In this document: in pieces, positions 1-11,031 of the stretch
Layout of the letters: the number at the start of each line of letters is the position of its first letter
How positions within the stretch are numbered: position 1 is the first letter of the stretch
Assembly (NCBI GenBank): GCA_004764695.1
Contig: SMSO01000014.1
Span: 4,598,845-4,662,844 of the forward strand
Direction of reading: 5' to 3'
DNA from: Schizochytrium sp. TIO01
Taxonomy: Eukaryota; Protista; Bigyra: Labyrinthulomycetes
DNA: 64,000 nucleotides
Program-made: the position numbers and the translations under genes
Notes under the pieces: generated by a model
The model's input: only the letters and a program-made list of their open reading frames with translations
Databases searched by the model: none
What the model was told of the DNA's origin: nothing

Positions 1-1227
1 GAAGAGCGACCTGGACAGGCGTCCAGCCAACGCCGCTCGCGGCCCCCCTTGCTTGCTCCCCGCTTCGCCCCTTCGCTTGCCTTGTTCGTTCATTCAGTAG
101 TTGGCGCAATTCAAAGCCAAGTGGATCAATCCTTCGCGAGCTTCCCTCCTTTTCTTCAACGCTGCCTTCTCGTCCTCGACCTCTTAGACACTGACCGTAG
201 AGACTTCAGCGTGGACAACAGCCTGTGTCATCGTTCACCCACTTTTCTTTGCTGCAGTTTCCTCTCGCTTCTTCTTTCTTATTGCTTGCGCCAAATCGTT
301 AAATTATCTGAGGTGTCGAAGTAGAGCGCGTTCGACAGATTTAACCTTAAAATTGGACATTGTTGACAACGACATCGAACTGGTGGATTGATACAGCAGC
401 TTATCTTTTGCGACAGGTGTTCGCCCTCAGCTATTCTTACATTTGTGGTGTAGGCTGGTCGATTACTATCGATTGAGTCATTGGCACCGAGGGCCATTTC
501 CACTGCCATAGATTATTTTAGACACAACACTCGACTTGACAAAAGGCGCATCCTGAACTGCGCATCGTACGAGGTATTTTTTGTTTTGAAGTGACCTTCT
601 GATTGCAATTTAAACGACTAGAGGCGACTCCACCAGAGAATCTTGGCGATTTTCAAGCGTGGACGGGGTATCTTCAGAGGCTCAAGCCCACGGAAAGCTC
701 TGTCATAAAGGCAAGCATCTGAAACGAAACAATTTGAAAAGAGCCTACGGGAGACTCTTTAACAGCCGTTCATCCCCGTGCTCATCTTCTCAATCCTTAC
801 TTCTTTTGTTCGTGATTGTGGCTTTTCTCCATTAGTGAACCTGCTTAGATACGATTGAGCTTGGATAGACTTCTGGGTTTGCAAAAGAGCAAACTACCTT
901 TGCTAGGAAGGAAGGCACAAAGGGCTTCCCAAGCTTTTTTAATAAACCCCTGCAACAGCGTATTATCTATTTTTGGATTCTCACTGTCCATCAGTCTTAC
1001 TGACTCTAAGTCTGCACGTTGTTTTACAACCCTGAACATCTACCTAGTGTTGTGGTTTGAGATTACTTTTCACAGTGAAGAGCCTTATACCTCTCTATAC
1101 GGATTGGCTGCACTCGCATCCACTTAGAGTGGGTAGCTGAGAAAGCACGCCGAAATAGGCTGCAAGGCCTGCTCCATTTGCGAGCGAGGTCAACAGCTAC
1201 TAAGTAAGTGATTCTGAGCTCTACAAG

Positions 1228-1257
1228 TCTAGCATTCTAGCACTCTAGCATTCTAGC
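1228..1257. repeat. 8-bp tandem repeat TCTAGCA(T/C), about 4 copies, just upstream of the ATG
   Basis: tctagcat tctagcac tctagcat tctagc read directly. Confidence 0.85.
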
Positions 1258-1304
1258 CTGCGTTGGGGCTAAGCCTTGAAGCCTTAACGTACCAACTATT
1301 CATC

Positions 1305-4301
1305 ATGGCGCAGCGACAGAAACAAGTGCCGCAACAATCGCAGGCGCAACACAGCTATGGTGCTGTACCAGCAGAGTATGCCTCAGAGAGGTCCATGATC
1401 AGCCAGCTTGTGCGTGAAGGCAAACACGATGAAGCCTGTCGCTTGGTGATGACTACGAAGGGTGGCTCCAGTCCAGCGAATACTGGATCTACCAATAGTT
1501 CTACGTCCCGTCCTGGGGCAGGATCGAGGGAGAACGAAGGCCTTAGTGTCGATGTTGACAAGCTCACTCTCGCACGCGATCTCATCGCGCTCTTGTGCTC
1601 CACAGATCAGCTTCAACAGGCATCGCAAATTGTGGAGCGATGCCCTTCTGAACACCTGTCAAGTCTGGAGCTTGGCGGTGTGGTGGATGCGATGCTTCGT
1701 AGACGTCGGTTCGAGATGGCGTCTCGAGCAATCTCCATGTTTGGTCTTCTTGATCGCTGTGACGTTGATCTCTTACATCGATTCCTTTCGGCGTTGGTGA
1801 CGAATGGGCAGTACCGTCTTGCTGTCGAGTGGGCCCGTAAGCTCGCAGAGTGGGAAATGAGATCGCAGACGCAGCTGCCTGAGTTCCTGCGTTGGACTCC
1901 GTCTGCACTCGTGTCAGAAATGGTAGTTTCTGGAGACTTTGACCAAGCCCTTAAGTTCATTCACGAGTTGAATCTGCGGAGTGAATTCCCAGTTTACGAT
2001 TTGATCCAACGCATGCTTGCCAAGTCGCAGTTCAAGCAGGCTCTGGAGCATATTAAACGCTTCGGCTTAGAACCGGAGTTTCCTCCTTTGGAGCTCATGA
2101 ACGGCATGTTGGACGCCCATCAGTGGGAGGTGGCCATCCAGTTTGCGAATGAAGTGCCTGCGTTGTGGGCCCACTTTCCTAAGGAACAAATTGTTGAGAG
2201 GATGATCGCGGCGCGGGACTGGGATGCTGCGACGTCATACATTACTGCCTTTGGTTTTGACAAAAAGGTTAAGCCCTCGGAGGGGGGCGTGCTTCCTCCC
2301 GGCACCTCAGCAAGCGGTGCTTCTCCGGTGCTTGTGGACCTTGTGCGCCAACTTATTGCATCTGCGGAGCTTTACATGGCGATGCGTAAAGTGCTCACAC
2401 ATGAGCTACAACAAGAATTCCCGCCGCGCCGTGTGATTCAGAACATGATTGACATGAAGCAGCACGAACACGCCCTTAGGTATATGCGGGAACTGAAGCT
2501 GGAAGAGGAGTTTCGAGATCAGATGCCGCGGATTCACACGGACCGCCTTGCGGCTCTCCGCTCCTTCCGTGCGATCGTGAAACGTCGCGCAGACTCTGCT
2601 CGTCTCAATACCACGCTCATCGGCGGATCCTCCTCGTACTCAGGGTCTTTTCGTAAAGAACATCCTGGAGAAGTTGTGTTTGAGCGACTTTGGTACCGAT
2701 CTCCGGATGTGCGCACGGTGACTGCCATCCCTGATTTCCAAGATGAAGTTGAAATTCAACGTGCTCAGTCTACCTATGGCACTGCCTCAACAAGAGGTGG
2801 TGTAATGCGCCACTCTTCTGGACAAAAGGAGGTACAGTTCGGGGCGAACTTGCATGGAACTCCTCAGATGCAGCCGCAACAACTGCAGCAGCAGCACCCG
2901 CCAACAATGGTTTTGCAACAACCACGTGCCACCCATGCCACGGAAGGTTTGCCGAGCTTCCTTATGGACAGCTCATCAAAGTCTCACGAAGAGGAGATCG
3001 TTCTGCGGGGAGCTGGGGGATCTTCCCGTATTCTTCGTGCAGGTTCTCCCAGAGAGAACCTCTTTGACCAATCATCCTTGCCTAGCCTCGATGACAACCC
3101 AACCGAGCCATCTGCGTTTGAACGACTTCTCGGTCTTCAGCAGCAACAAATGCAACAAAAGCCTCAGCAGCCGAAACAATCGATAGACTCCCACCAATCC
3201 TCGCAGTTGCCATCATTTTTCCAACAGCAGCAACAACCCTCCCAGCCTCAGCCACAGCAGCAGCAAAGCCAGTTCTCGAGCTCGATGCCTCAGTCTGCTG
3301 GACGTGAGAACGGATCTTCACCCCAGTTGCCCTCAGCATCTTCGATGTATAGCCAGAATTACGGGAGTCAGCTCTTGCCGTCAACATCTCAACAACATTC
3401 CCAGCAACAAAAACAAGAGCCAAAGCAAGCACAGCAGGGCTCCGAAAGTTCCCCTTACCTTCAATCTATGTCGCAGTCTTCACCAGGGCAGGCACTGCAG
3501 CAGCAACAGCAGCAACAACCATATGGCGGAATCCAGGCGCCTTCAGCTTTTCAGCAGCAGCAACAGCAGCAGCATCAACAACAGCAACAGCAACAGCAAC
3601 GGCCTCAGCAGCAGGTTCCGCAATCCCCGCCTTTGATGCGGCCTGGGGCTTACGGAGGCGAGCCTATTCCTCGCCAATACTACGCACCCTCGCCCCAGCA
3701 GCCCTTGCAGCAGCAGCAACCGCAACAGCAGTCCCCATCGCAGCAACCATCATACTACCGAGCTGAGGATATGGTAAAGAGAAGCGCACTTCCTGCGTCA
3801 GAATTTCTTCGGTCCATTGACCCGAACGCCGGCGCACCTTCGTCGCAGATGCGTTCTGGTGGGAACCAATCGATGCACCCTTCACAACTTGTTGGTGGAA
3901 TGTCAGCATTGAACTTGCGTATGCCCATGCAGCAGCAACCACAACAACAGCAACAGCAGCTCTACCCTGGTCAGCAGCCGTATTACCCGCCTATGGGATC
4001 CTCAAATGGCGGCAGCTCGTTCAATGCTGGATCAATCTCATCCCAGGTGCGAAACGTGATCCAGCAGCAACCCATGCCTCAGCAACGCCAGCAGAGCTAC
4101 GGATCGTCGATGCCTGGATCCATGTACCCAGGCCAGATGCCTTCGTCTTCCATGCCTCAACAACTGCAGAATCCGTATAATATGGACCCGAGACAGCAGC
4201 AGCAGCAGCAGCAGCAACTGCAACAACAACGTCCGATGATGAACAACGGATATGGTTCGCCTTACAGTACTCCCCTGCCACATCAACAGCAGCATAATTA
4301 G
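1305..4301 (+). CDS. FRIGIDA-like alpha-helical repeat protein with long Q/P/S-rich low-complexity C-terminus (998 aa from ATG 1305)
   Basis: Uninterrupted 3 kb ORF (track starts at TTG 1263; first ATG is 1305, context CATCATGG). About 31-aa repeats such as PVYDLIQRMLAKSQFKQALEHIKRFGLEPEF resemble the FRIGIDA-domain motif LI..G..IEAV.F...FGL..KFPP. Poly-Q tracts run from about 2870 to the end. Confidence 0.8.
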   Translation: MAQRQKQVPQQSQAQHSYGAVPAEYASERSMISQLVREGKHDEACRLVMTTKGGSSPANTGSTNSSTSRPGAGSRENEGLSVDVDKLTLARDLIALLCSTDQLQQASQIVERCPSEHLSSLELGGVVDAMLRRRRFEMASRAISMFGLLDRCDVDLLHRFLSALVTNGQYRLAVEWARKLAEWEMRSQTQLPEFLRWTPSALVSEMVVSGDFDQALKFIHELNLRSEFPVYDLIQRMLAKSQFKQALEHIKRFGLEPEFPPLELMNGMLDAHQWEVAIQFANEVPALWAHFPKEQIVERMIAARDWDAATSYITAFGFDKKVKPSEGGVLPPGTSASGASPVLVDLVRQLIASAELYMAMRKVLTHELQQEFPPRRVIQNMIDMKQHEHALRYMRELKLEEEFRDQMPRIHTDRLAALRSFRAIVKRRADSARLNTTLIGGSSSYSGSFRKEHPGEVVFERLWYRSPDVRTVTAIPDFQDEVEIQRAQSTYGTASTRGGVMRHSSGQKEVQFGANLHGTPQMQPQQLQQQHPPTMVLQQPRATHATEGLPSFLMDSSSKSHEEEIVLRGAGGSSRILRAGSPRENLFDQSSLPSLDDNPTEPSAFERLLGLQQQQMQQKPQQPKQSIDSHQSSQLPSFFQQQQQPSQPQPQQQQSQFSSSMPQSAGRENGSSPQLPSASSMYSQNYGSQLLPSTSQQHSQQQKQEPKQAQQGSESSPYLQSMSQSSPGQALQQQQQQQPYGGIQAPSAFQQQQQQQHQQQQQQQQRPQQQVPQSPPLMRPGAYGGEPIPRQYYAPSPQQPLQQQQPQQQSPSQQPSYYRAEDMVKRSALPASEFLRSIDPNAGAPSSQMRSGGNQSMHPSQLVGGMSALNLRMPMQQQPQQQQQQLYPGQQPYYPPMGSSNGGSSFNAGSISSQVRNVIQQQPMPQQRQQSYGSSMPGSMYPGQMPSSSMPQQLQNPYNMDPRQQQQQQQQLQQQRPMMNNGYGSPYSTPLPHQQQHN

Positions 4302-4659
4302 GTTGGTCTTGGCAACAAAAGGTCAAGAATTGTGACTCAAGGTATCTTTTAATTTCATTAAACTGCATCCAATCCGGCTAGGGTGAGCATCAAATGAGCA
4401 GGGTAATTACATTGAGTAACCATGAATCAGAAAAAATTCATACGAACTATTAATAAATTTTCTATCCTCTTGCCGCTCAACAATAGTTATAACTATCATT
4501 GTCACCAAGACAGTACCAACAAGAATACGGAACGATAAAGTCTATTTTTTTATTTTTTTTTCAATTTAGGAATATGCATCAAATCCTGGAGGCAGCGACG
4601 GCACATGGGCAGAGTAGATACATCGAGTAATCAGGAATCAGAAAATTTCACACGAGTTA

Positions 4660-5961
4660 TTAAACCTCATCACCCCCCTTCGTAAACACTTTGTCAGCAC
4701 TAGTTTGGCCCACTAACCGCGCGAGAATGTGGAAGACACCAGCGGAAAGGACGAGAATACCGGCGCAGTATAGTCCCATGGTCGATGGGCTCATATGACT
4801 TGTGTTGAGAAGAATCAAAACAACAAATCCGTTCAGCGGGACGCGAAAAAAGTTGACCACGGTGGCACGGACCTCTTCAGGAATGTACCTGGATCGAAGA
4901 AACGCAACACCTGGATGATAAATTCCAACGCAGACCTCAAATAGGCAGAAAGCAAAGAAGGTATTTGTGTGATTGGACGTGAAAGCGGGCGCTGCAAGGC
5001 AGAGTGCGGCTACAACTGAGTTGGCCATGAGAATTGTCTCTGTATTCTTGTACTTGAGAGCGAATTGGTAAAGGGATGTGCCAATCATGATGGAAACCAT
5101 GAAGCAAGCAAAAATGATGCTGTGTGGCATGCCATCATCGTTAGCCGTGCCTTCAAGAATAGGTGTCCACAGGTAAACAAAAATGTACATGGCACCTTCA
5201 AAGCATGACTGCACTGCACCAAGAAGCCAGATACGAGGGTTCGATGCCATCACAACCCAACCAACGGCAAAGTTACCACCAGGTGTAATGGACGCATTAC
5301 CGTAGTTCTCTCTCCACAAACGCATGATAACAAGGGCTCCAACAACGAGGAATCCAATAGCCGTGTCAAAGGGGGCTGTGTAGCCTCCGTAATTGCTTAC
5401 GGCGCCAGCAAGAAATGCCATCGCCACAGCCGCTACACTAGACAGGAATGTTGTACGCGACAATGTGTTCACAAGCCACTCATCCGGGTACGCGCCACGC
5501 TTGTGCTCGTGAAGCATCCATGCCTCGAATACTGAAAATAAAATAGAAGTAGAAATACCACTCATGATGCGCCCAGCAAGGAGCGTATTAAAGTCTCGGG
5601 AATGCATGGTCAAACAAGTGCCTGTATAGAGCAAGCAAAAGAGGACGCAGACACGTTTGCGACCAAATCGGTCGGCAAGGCCGCCGACCAAGGTGCCGAA
5701 GACTGCAGAGCTACAATAACCCGCGATGAACAAGTATCCAATCTCACCCTTACCAAAGCCGTTGAATGCATAAAGCTTGTAAAGGTAGGGTCCCTGGATC
5801 CAGTCGGCACACGAAACCAAAAGCATTGTGGCAAGAAAGCTTCGCTGCAATGCGCTAAACTCGGCAGTGGTCGGAATCAACGCAAGTGAATCGCGTTGCT
5901 TTTTCAAGAGCACCACACATGCTACAACCTGCAAGAACAGGAGTCCTACGTAGACCTCCAT
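4660..5961 (-). CDS. MFSD5: MFS molybdate-anion transporter (MFSD5/MOT2, DUF791 family)
   Basis: 433 aa. Family motifs ADWIQGPYLYKLY, GGLADRFGRKR, GRIMSGISTSILFSVFEAW, FEGAMYIFVYLWTP, RATVVNFFRVPLN; many transmembrane segments. Confidence 0.93.
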   Translation of the reverse strand: MEVYVGLLFLQVVACVVLLKKQRDSLALIPTTAEFSALQRSFLATMLLVSCADWIQGPYLYKLYAFNGFGKGEIGYLFIAGYCSSAVFGTLVGGLADRFGRKRVCVLFCLLYTGTCLTMHSRDFNTLLAGRIMSGISTSILFSVFEAWMLHEHKRGAYPDEWLVNTLSRTTFLSSVAAVAMAFLAGAVSNYGGYTAPFDTAIGFLVVGALVIMRLWRENYGNASITPGGNFAVGWVVMASNPRIWLLGAVQSCFEGAMYIFVYLWTPILEGTANDDGMPHSIIFACFMVSIMIGTSLYQFALKYKNTETILMANSVVAALCLAAPAFTSNHTNTFFAFCLFEVCVGIYHPGVAFLRSRYIPEEVRATVVNFFRVPLNGFVVLILLNTSHMSPSTMGLYCAGILVLSAGVFHILARLVGQTSADKVFTKGGDEV

Positions 5962-7248
5962 GGTGATCTATCTGAATTCGACTCTATATAATTATCCAGC
6001 CTCAAGGTTCTGCGAATTCGAAAAACTTAAAAGGAAATGAACAAATCAAAATGTGCCTTTGGTTGTCCGCAATATTCTCCAACTTTGCTTTCGTACAGCT
6101 CAGTCTTCTGGATATTAGTATACCTGTAGTACTGTGAACGTGCCTGCTCACCACCGCGGTCGACCACCTCGATGCCGCAGTTAACCTCAGGCTGTCACTC
6201 TCGCCAGAGAGGCTTTACGGCAGGAAACCCGAAGACCTCCCCAGCGATCCAGGCAGGTGCCAGAGACGTCCTTGGGACGTTTTGAGATCACGAGCACGGC
6301 CGGTCTCGGCAGCGTGGTCGCCTCTCTCTGAGATGGGTTTTTGACCTCTTTCTCTCTCTTTTCATTTACTCTTATTGAAGAGTTAAAATTAAATTAAATT
6401 AATTAAAATTTATTTTTAAAAAAGGGGGGTCTCTTCGAGTCCTTTCTTTTCAGTTTTGAGAGGCTTTCATGATCAAAGAGAGACTTGTGAATGGTAATCC
6501 TCCTCATTTATTTAGTTCAAGTTGAGTCTATGCTTTCTAACACAACAGAAGTCTGCACGATACCTCATGCTAATATGCCAAGATATTGTTGCAGTAAGTG
6601 CAGATCTTAAGCACTCTGTAATTTATACGAATATGACAAGTGGAGATGAATAGATGATACTATATACGTGAAGCGAACTTTGCCTTTTCTCTGAAGCAAA
6701 TGAATAGGTACGCACATAGTTCATTTAAAGACTGCTCTGTCTATGCTTCAATGAAACAAATACTACCTGCAGAAGTTGAAGAACAAGTTTACTGTATTGC
6801 TGCATCATCTAGTAGAGAAGAACATTCTCTTTTTGGTCTTCACCGATCAAATTAGGAGGCTGACCCGGTCTTTTTAATGGGTTATTTGCTTCATTGGCTA
6901 GTATGTGAACGTGGCATAGTCACATGTTTTTCTTTGCGAACCTCATTTTGATCACCCTCCCAATCTCGCAGTCGATTCTGGATTTTTCATTGCTAAAAGT
7001 TTAGACTACGTAACGTCTTTATTGAAAAAAGGATAGTGCTACTGCATCATAGTAGGTAATAGTAAATGAGAAAAGTTTGAAGTGTCTATTGTTAGTATTT
7101 CTTATGACTCTGTAGTACTACTAAAAGAATGACGATGACTGGTGATCAATAAGCAATTCTTTGAAAGCCCAATTCCCGTTCCCGAGTTGCTAGCAACGCC
7201 CTTCTGCGAGCTCGTACGACACACCTGACACAACTACAACCTGGTGTC

Positions 7249-8514
7249 ATGGCAGAACTCCTTTACGGGGTGGACTCGATGTCCCGAGAGTCAGCCACGA
7301 TCGAGGATGTTACGAGTGGGAACGACCTCGTTGGCTCTAAAGTAGAGGTTCGTGCAAGCAACGTGGACGAACTGTACTATGGTGCACTTGTCACGGACTA
7401 TGACAATGAGAAGAATACATACACTGTGATTTACGAAGATAAAACAGAAGGTGCAGGTTTATTTCGCAGCTCTATGCTCGTGCCAGATTCCCGTGAGGAA
7501 ATTTTTGCGGATGAGGTCGTGCGAGTCCTTGATGGCCACATTTACCTCATGGGTAAGACTCGAAAGGCCCGAATGCTTGCATTTCAAGATAGCCCAAGTC
7601 TTATCCAAACAACTATCGCGTACAAAGAAAATGGTGAGGAGGGTTTCGACTACCGAGCTCTGGTCTTTGATGTCAATCAGGCCATGATGCTTGGACTTGC
7701 ACTTCTTCCACCAGAACACAGAAAACGAGGCTATCGCGCATGTGTGGTCGGCGCAGGGGGGGGTGCTCTTCCCATGGCGCTTCTAGAAGTCCAAGGGAAC
7801 CTTCATGTAGACGTAATCGAACTTTCTGAAAAGGTACTATTTACCGCTGGTAAGTACTTTGGTATGACCCAATCTACCGAGAGTGACCGTCTTCAAACAT
7901 TTGCACAAGATGGTCTTGACTTTGCGCAGCAATGTGAAAACGAAAGGTATGATCTCTACTTTATTGACGTGGCACAAGAATCGGGTGCTGAAGAAGAAGA
8001 AGGCTTGGACCTGCCCCCTTCAACATTTCTTTCTCATGCTTATTTAGGTGTCGACGTTGCGCGGGCGCTAAGGCCTGGTGGCTGGGCAATCATGAACGTA
8101 TGTGGTCCTCGTGTGGCGTTGCTTGAGGCACTTGACACTGTGTGTAAGTGGTTCCCTACTGTTTTCGTGTTTGGGACAGACCCGAACTACGTGTTCTTCA
8201 TGAGCCCTGCTGAAGAGAAACACGGCGCAGATACGGAGCACGAGGCAGACACAGGCGTTGTGACCAACCAGGGATCTTCTGAATTTAGTCCCTCGAGCAA
8301 CGAGTCTGATGATAGTGCGGAGGACCTTGACTCTTTGGACAATCCTGATTTATTATACATGCGTACACTGGCATCGGGTTTGAGTATTTCTTGCTCTAAC
8401 ATTTTACGAGATCTGCGAGAGACCAAGCGTTTAGTAGCTAAGAAAGTTGCTCTGGGCTGGATGCCTGCGTCAACCTTCCGTGATTTATTGATGGATCCGG
8501 ATTGCTGTATCTGA
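7249..8514 (+). CDS. SAM-dependent methyltransferase (spermidine-synthase-like fold, METTL13 C-terminal-like) with N-terminal Tudor-like domain
   Basis: 421 aa. Motif I CVVGAGGGALP, post-I VDVIEL, DGLDF, YDLYFIDV, LRPGGWAIMNV. N-terminal GSKVEVR..YYGALVTDYD..TYTVIYED has a Tudor pattern. Confidence 0.85.
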   Translation: MAELLYGVDSMSRESATIEDVTSGNDLVGSKVEVRASNVDELYYGALVTDYDNEKNTYTVIYEDKTEGAGLFRSSMLVPDSREEIFADEVVRVLDGHIYLMGKTRKARMLAFQDSPSLIQTTIAYKENGEEGFDYRALVFDVNQAMMLGLALLPPEHRKRGYRACVVGAGGGALPMALLEVQGNLHVDVIELSEKVLFTAGKYFGMTQSTESDRLQTFAQDGLDFAQQCENERYDLYFIDVAQESGAEEEEGLDLPPSTFLSHAYLGVDVARALRPGGWAIMNVCGPRVALLEALDTVCKWFPTVFVFGTDPNYVFFMSPAEEKHGADTEHEADTGVVTNQGSSEFSPSSNESDDSAEDLDSLDNPDLLYMRTLASGLSISCSNILRDLRETKRLVAKKVALGWMPASTFRDLLMDPDCCI

Positions 8515-9273
8515 TGCTACCAAGCTTGAATATCTTCCGTTTATTAGTTGGACAATCAAAACCAGCAGCAAATATGCTGCTGCTGCTGCTGCTGCTGCGG
8601 CTGAATATAGTAATAAGATGATTTCCTTTAAAATATGTAAAATGAACTGTGTTTTTCTTACTGTTGAATTTAAAGACTCTGAAATTCAGTGATATACGTC
8701 AGAATTGGTTAGAGGCAAAAGTCTAGAGCGTAAAGGACAGAAGAGCTATCTAGGAGCAGAATTGCTTGGCATTCGTCAAAACAACTCTGTCATAACTTTA
8801 ACTGTTCGTTACCTTGTTGGCCCCAAGTTTGGTGCCTTTTTGGAATACTTTTTCTTGAATGCATTTTTTGTTTTTGTTTAGTGAGCGCTCTTCCGTTGAC
8901 AGATTGTGTTAGCACGTGTTTGATCTCTGTGCGATAAACTATTGCGATTATTACATCAGAAAACACCTCAACCACCAGAAATTTTCTTCATTAACATTCC
9001 CAGATGATAAGTCGCTAATATTATCCTCGCCCCGTCACCAGTAATACAGAGAGGTGACAAAGTACCTAAGATGCATGCGACGAGTAAGTCGTGGTTGACA
9101 CATAAAAGAGAAGACAATGGAATAGCTAGATTTCACTATGAAGTAAACAAAGAAGTAGTTCAGGAAAAAACAAAACTATACAGGATCTCTATGTAATGAC
9201 GTCGCGGTTGTGAAAAAGTAAATAGGGTTGCGCATGTATACGCTCTAAAGGTCTATGTCTACTCCAATGCAAT

Positions 9274-11031
9274 TTAAGCACGCAACTCACGAACATGGCG
9301 CCAAACTGGCACACGCGGTGCGTCGCGAGGGGCATAATCAGGATGACGGAGGATGAGTTGTACCTCTGTGGCGAGATCCTGCAGAAGCGAGCAAAAATGC
9401 ACGGCTCGCATGCATGTCTCAGGTTCATCGCGATCACGAACAAGTTGAGTGAGAATACGAATCTTCTCACGCTCCAGAGCCTGATTAGCTACACTAAGTC
9501 CAGCACGTGCATTAGTAAGCTCACGGAGATCACCTTCCTCCACTGGTCCACTTAAAATTGGACGGATCGTACGCAGGGCACGCACGATATTTCGCTCAAC
9601 GAGACGAAGCGCCTCAGTATGCACAAGGGTACCAAGTTTTGCACCCTGAGAAAACTCGCTAGCAACTTGCATATCCATGTTCACACCAATAGCAGCAGCT
9701 CGACGGAGGCCAGTCTGGATTGCGTCAATACGATCAAGATCTTCGTCAGTAAGGCCACTCACAGCAGTTTCCCATCGCGCATTTTTAATTTGGGTCTCGA
9801 GCTCTGCTCGGCTCAGGAGAATCATGGCGAAGCAATCATGTACAGAGGTTGTCTCGCCGCGGCCTAATGCCGATTCTGTTGCTAAAAATGTATTGTAATC
9901 AGCACGCTTATCACGCTCAAAGGCGCGAATTGCTCGCCAGGTGAAACTGGCGACAAGGTCCGCATTGCGCTCTGTAATGTGTAGTGCGTGTGTTGCACTA
10001 TAATGTGGTTGAAGTCCAATATGCACAGGAAGAGCAACACCTAAACCAAGGATTACACCCATCAAGCGCTGCAAAATGAGAAACGGGCCTGCGTTGGTAG
10101 CCATGACCATATCAACCAATGAAAGATTGTACGTGAGACCAAAGAGAATCATGACAGGCTTATAATCTACCCATCTCTGGGCAATGTAAAAGATTGGAAT
10201 AGTACCAGCCATCATGGCAATGCCAACCATGGGCTCGTTCGGGAAAGGTAGAGCCTTGACAACTTCACTGCCGAGGAGTGCAAGAGTGGCGCCTGCCACT
10301 GTTGCACGCACACGATAAACTCCATTAGCAAGAACACCACCAACAGTGTAATCAGATACAACAATAACTGTAACGAGAGCTGCAATACCGCAACCCATAT
10401 CAATAAATTTGCCACTTGTAGCGGAAAGCAGAAACGGAAGTGCACCAGAAGCTGCGCAACAGAAACCTACTTTGACGGCAAAGACTCGAGAGTTGTGTTC
10501 CTCATCAGAAACTTCCTTTGTATTTCGTACCCATGCCTTTGTGTAAGCTAAAAACCTTGTTTTCCAATCATGGCCAGAGAGAAAGTTAAAAAAGCCTCGC
10601 TTTTGAACTGCTGCAGCCGCAGGCTTAGACATCACTAAACCTGGTGGTACTGTGAAGTTATGTTTGAGCAATGGCGATGGAGATGCTCGTGTCGTGTATG
10701 GTGCTACACCTGCAGATACTGGCCGACCTCCAACCTGTTTGCGAAGCATATCATCGTCAAGGGGTGGGATTTGCAACATCCATGGTCGCAACATTGGACT
10801 TGTGGTGCGAAATTCTGGGCCTTTACTAGCTATGGTGGGCACGGTCGACACGGTTGACGAAGGTGCTGATGCTGTCGAAGACGATGCTGGGGTTCCAGTC
10901 GTTGATTTTGGTGTCGAGGTAAGTCCCACATATGATCTCTGGCGGCATCGACGACTAGAGTTTGTTGCTGCGAGATTTGGGAACACTAAAGTACGCTGCG
11001 CCAACTTTACAGTCTGGATTGTAACCATCAT
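9274..11031 (-). CDS. Aluminium-activated malate transporter (ALMT/FUSC superfamily) anion channel
   Basis: Track ORF starts at TTG 11079; first ATG is 11031 (585 aa). ALMT-like motifs AVKVGFC, TVIVVSDYTVGGVLANGVYRVRATVAG, FGLTYNL, RLMGVILG and ARWE (WEP-like). Confidence 0.85.
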   Translation of the reverse strand: MMVTIQTVKLAQRTLVFPNLAATNSSRRCRQRSYVGLTSTPKSTTGTPASSSTASAPSSTVSTVPTIASKGPEFRTTSPMLRPWMLQIPPLDDDMLRKQVGGRPVSAGVAPYTTRASPSPLLKHNFTVPPGLVMSKPAAAAVQKRGFFNFLSGHDWKTRFLAYTKAWVRNTKEVSDEEHNSRVFAVKVGFCCAASGALPFLLSATSGKFIDMGCGIAALVTVIVVSDYTVGGVLANGVYRVRATVAGATLALLGSEVVKALPFPNEPMVGIAMMAGTIPIFYIAQRWVDYKPVMILFGLTYNLSLVDMVMATNAGPFLILQRLMGVILGLGVALPVHIGLQPHYSATHALHITERNADLVASFTWRAIRAFERDKRADYNTFLATESALGRGETTSVHDCFAMILLSRAELETQIKNARWETAVSGLTDEDLDRIDAIQTGLRRAAAIGVNMDMQVASEFSQGAKLGTLVHTEALRLVERNIVRALRTIRPILSGPVEEGDLRELTNARAGLSVANQALEREKIRILTQLVRDRDEPETCMRAVHFCSLLQDLATEVQLILRHPDYAPRDAPRVPVWRHVRELRA

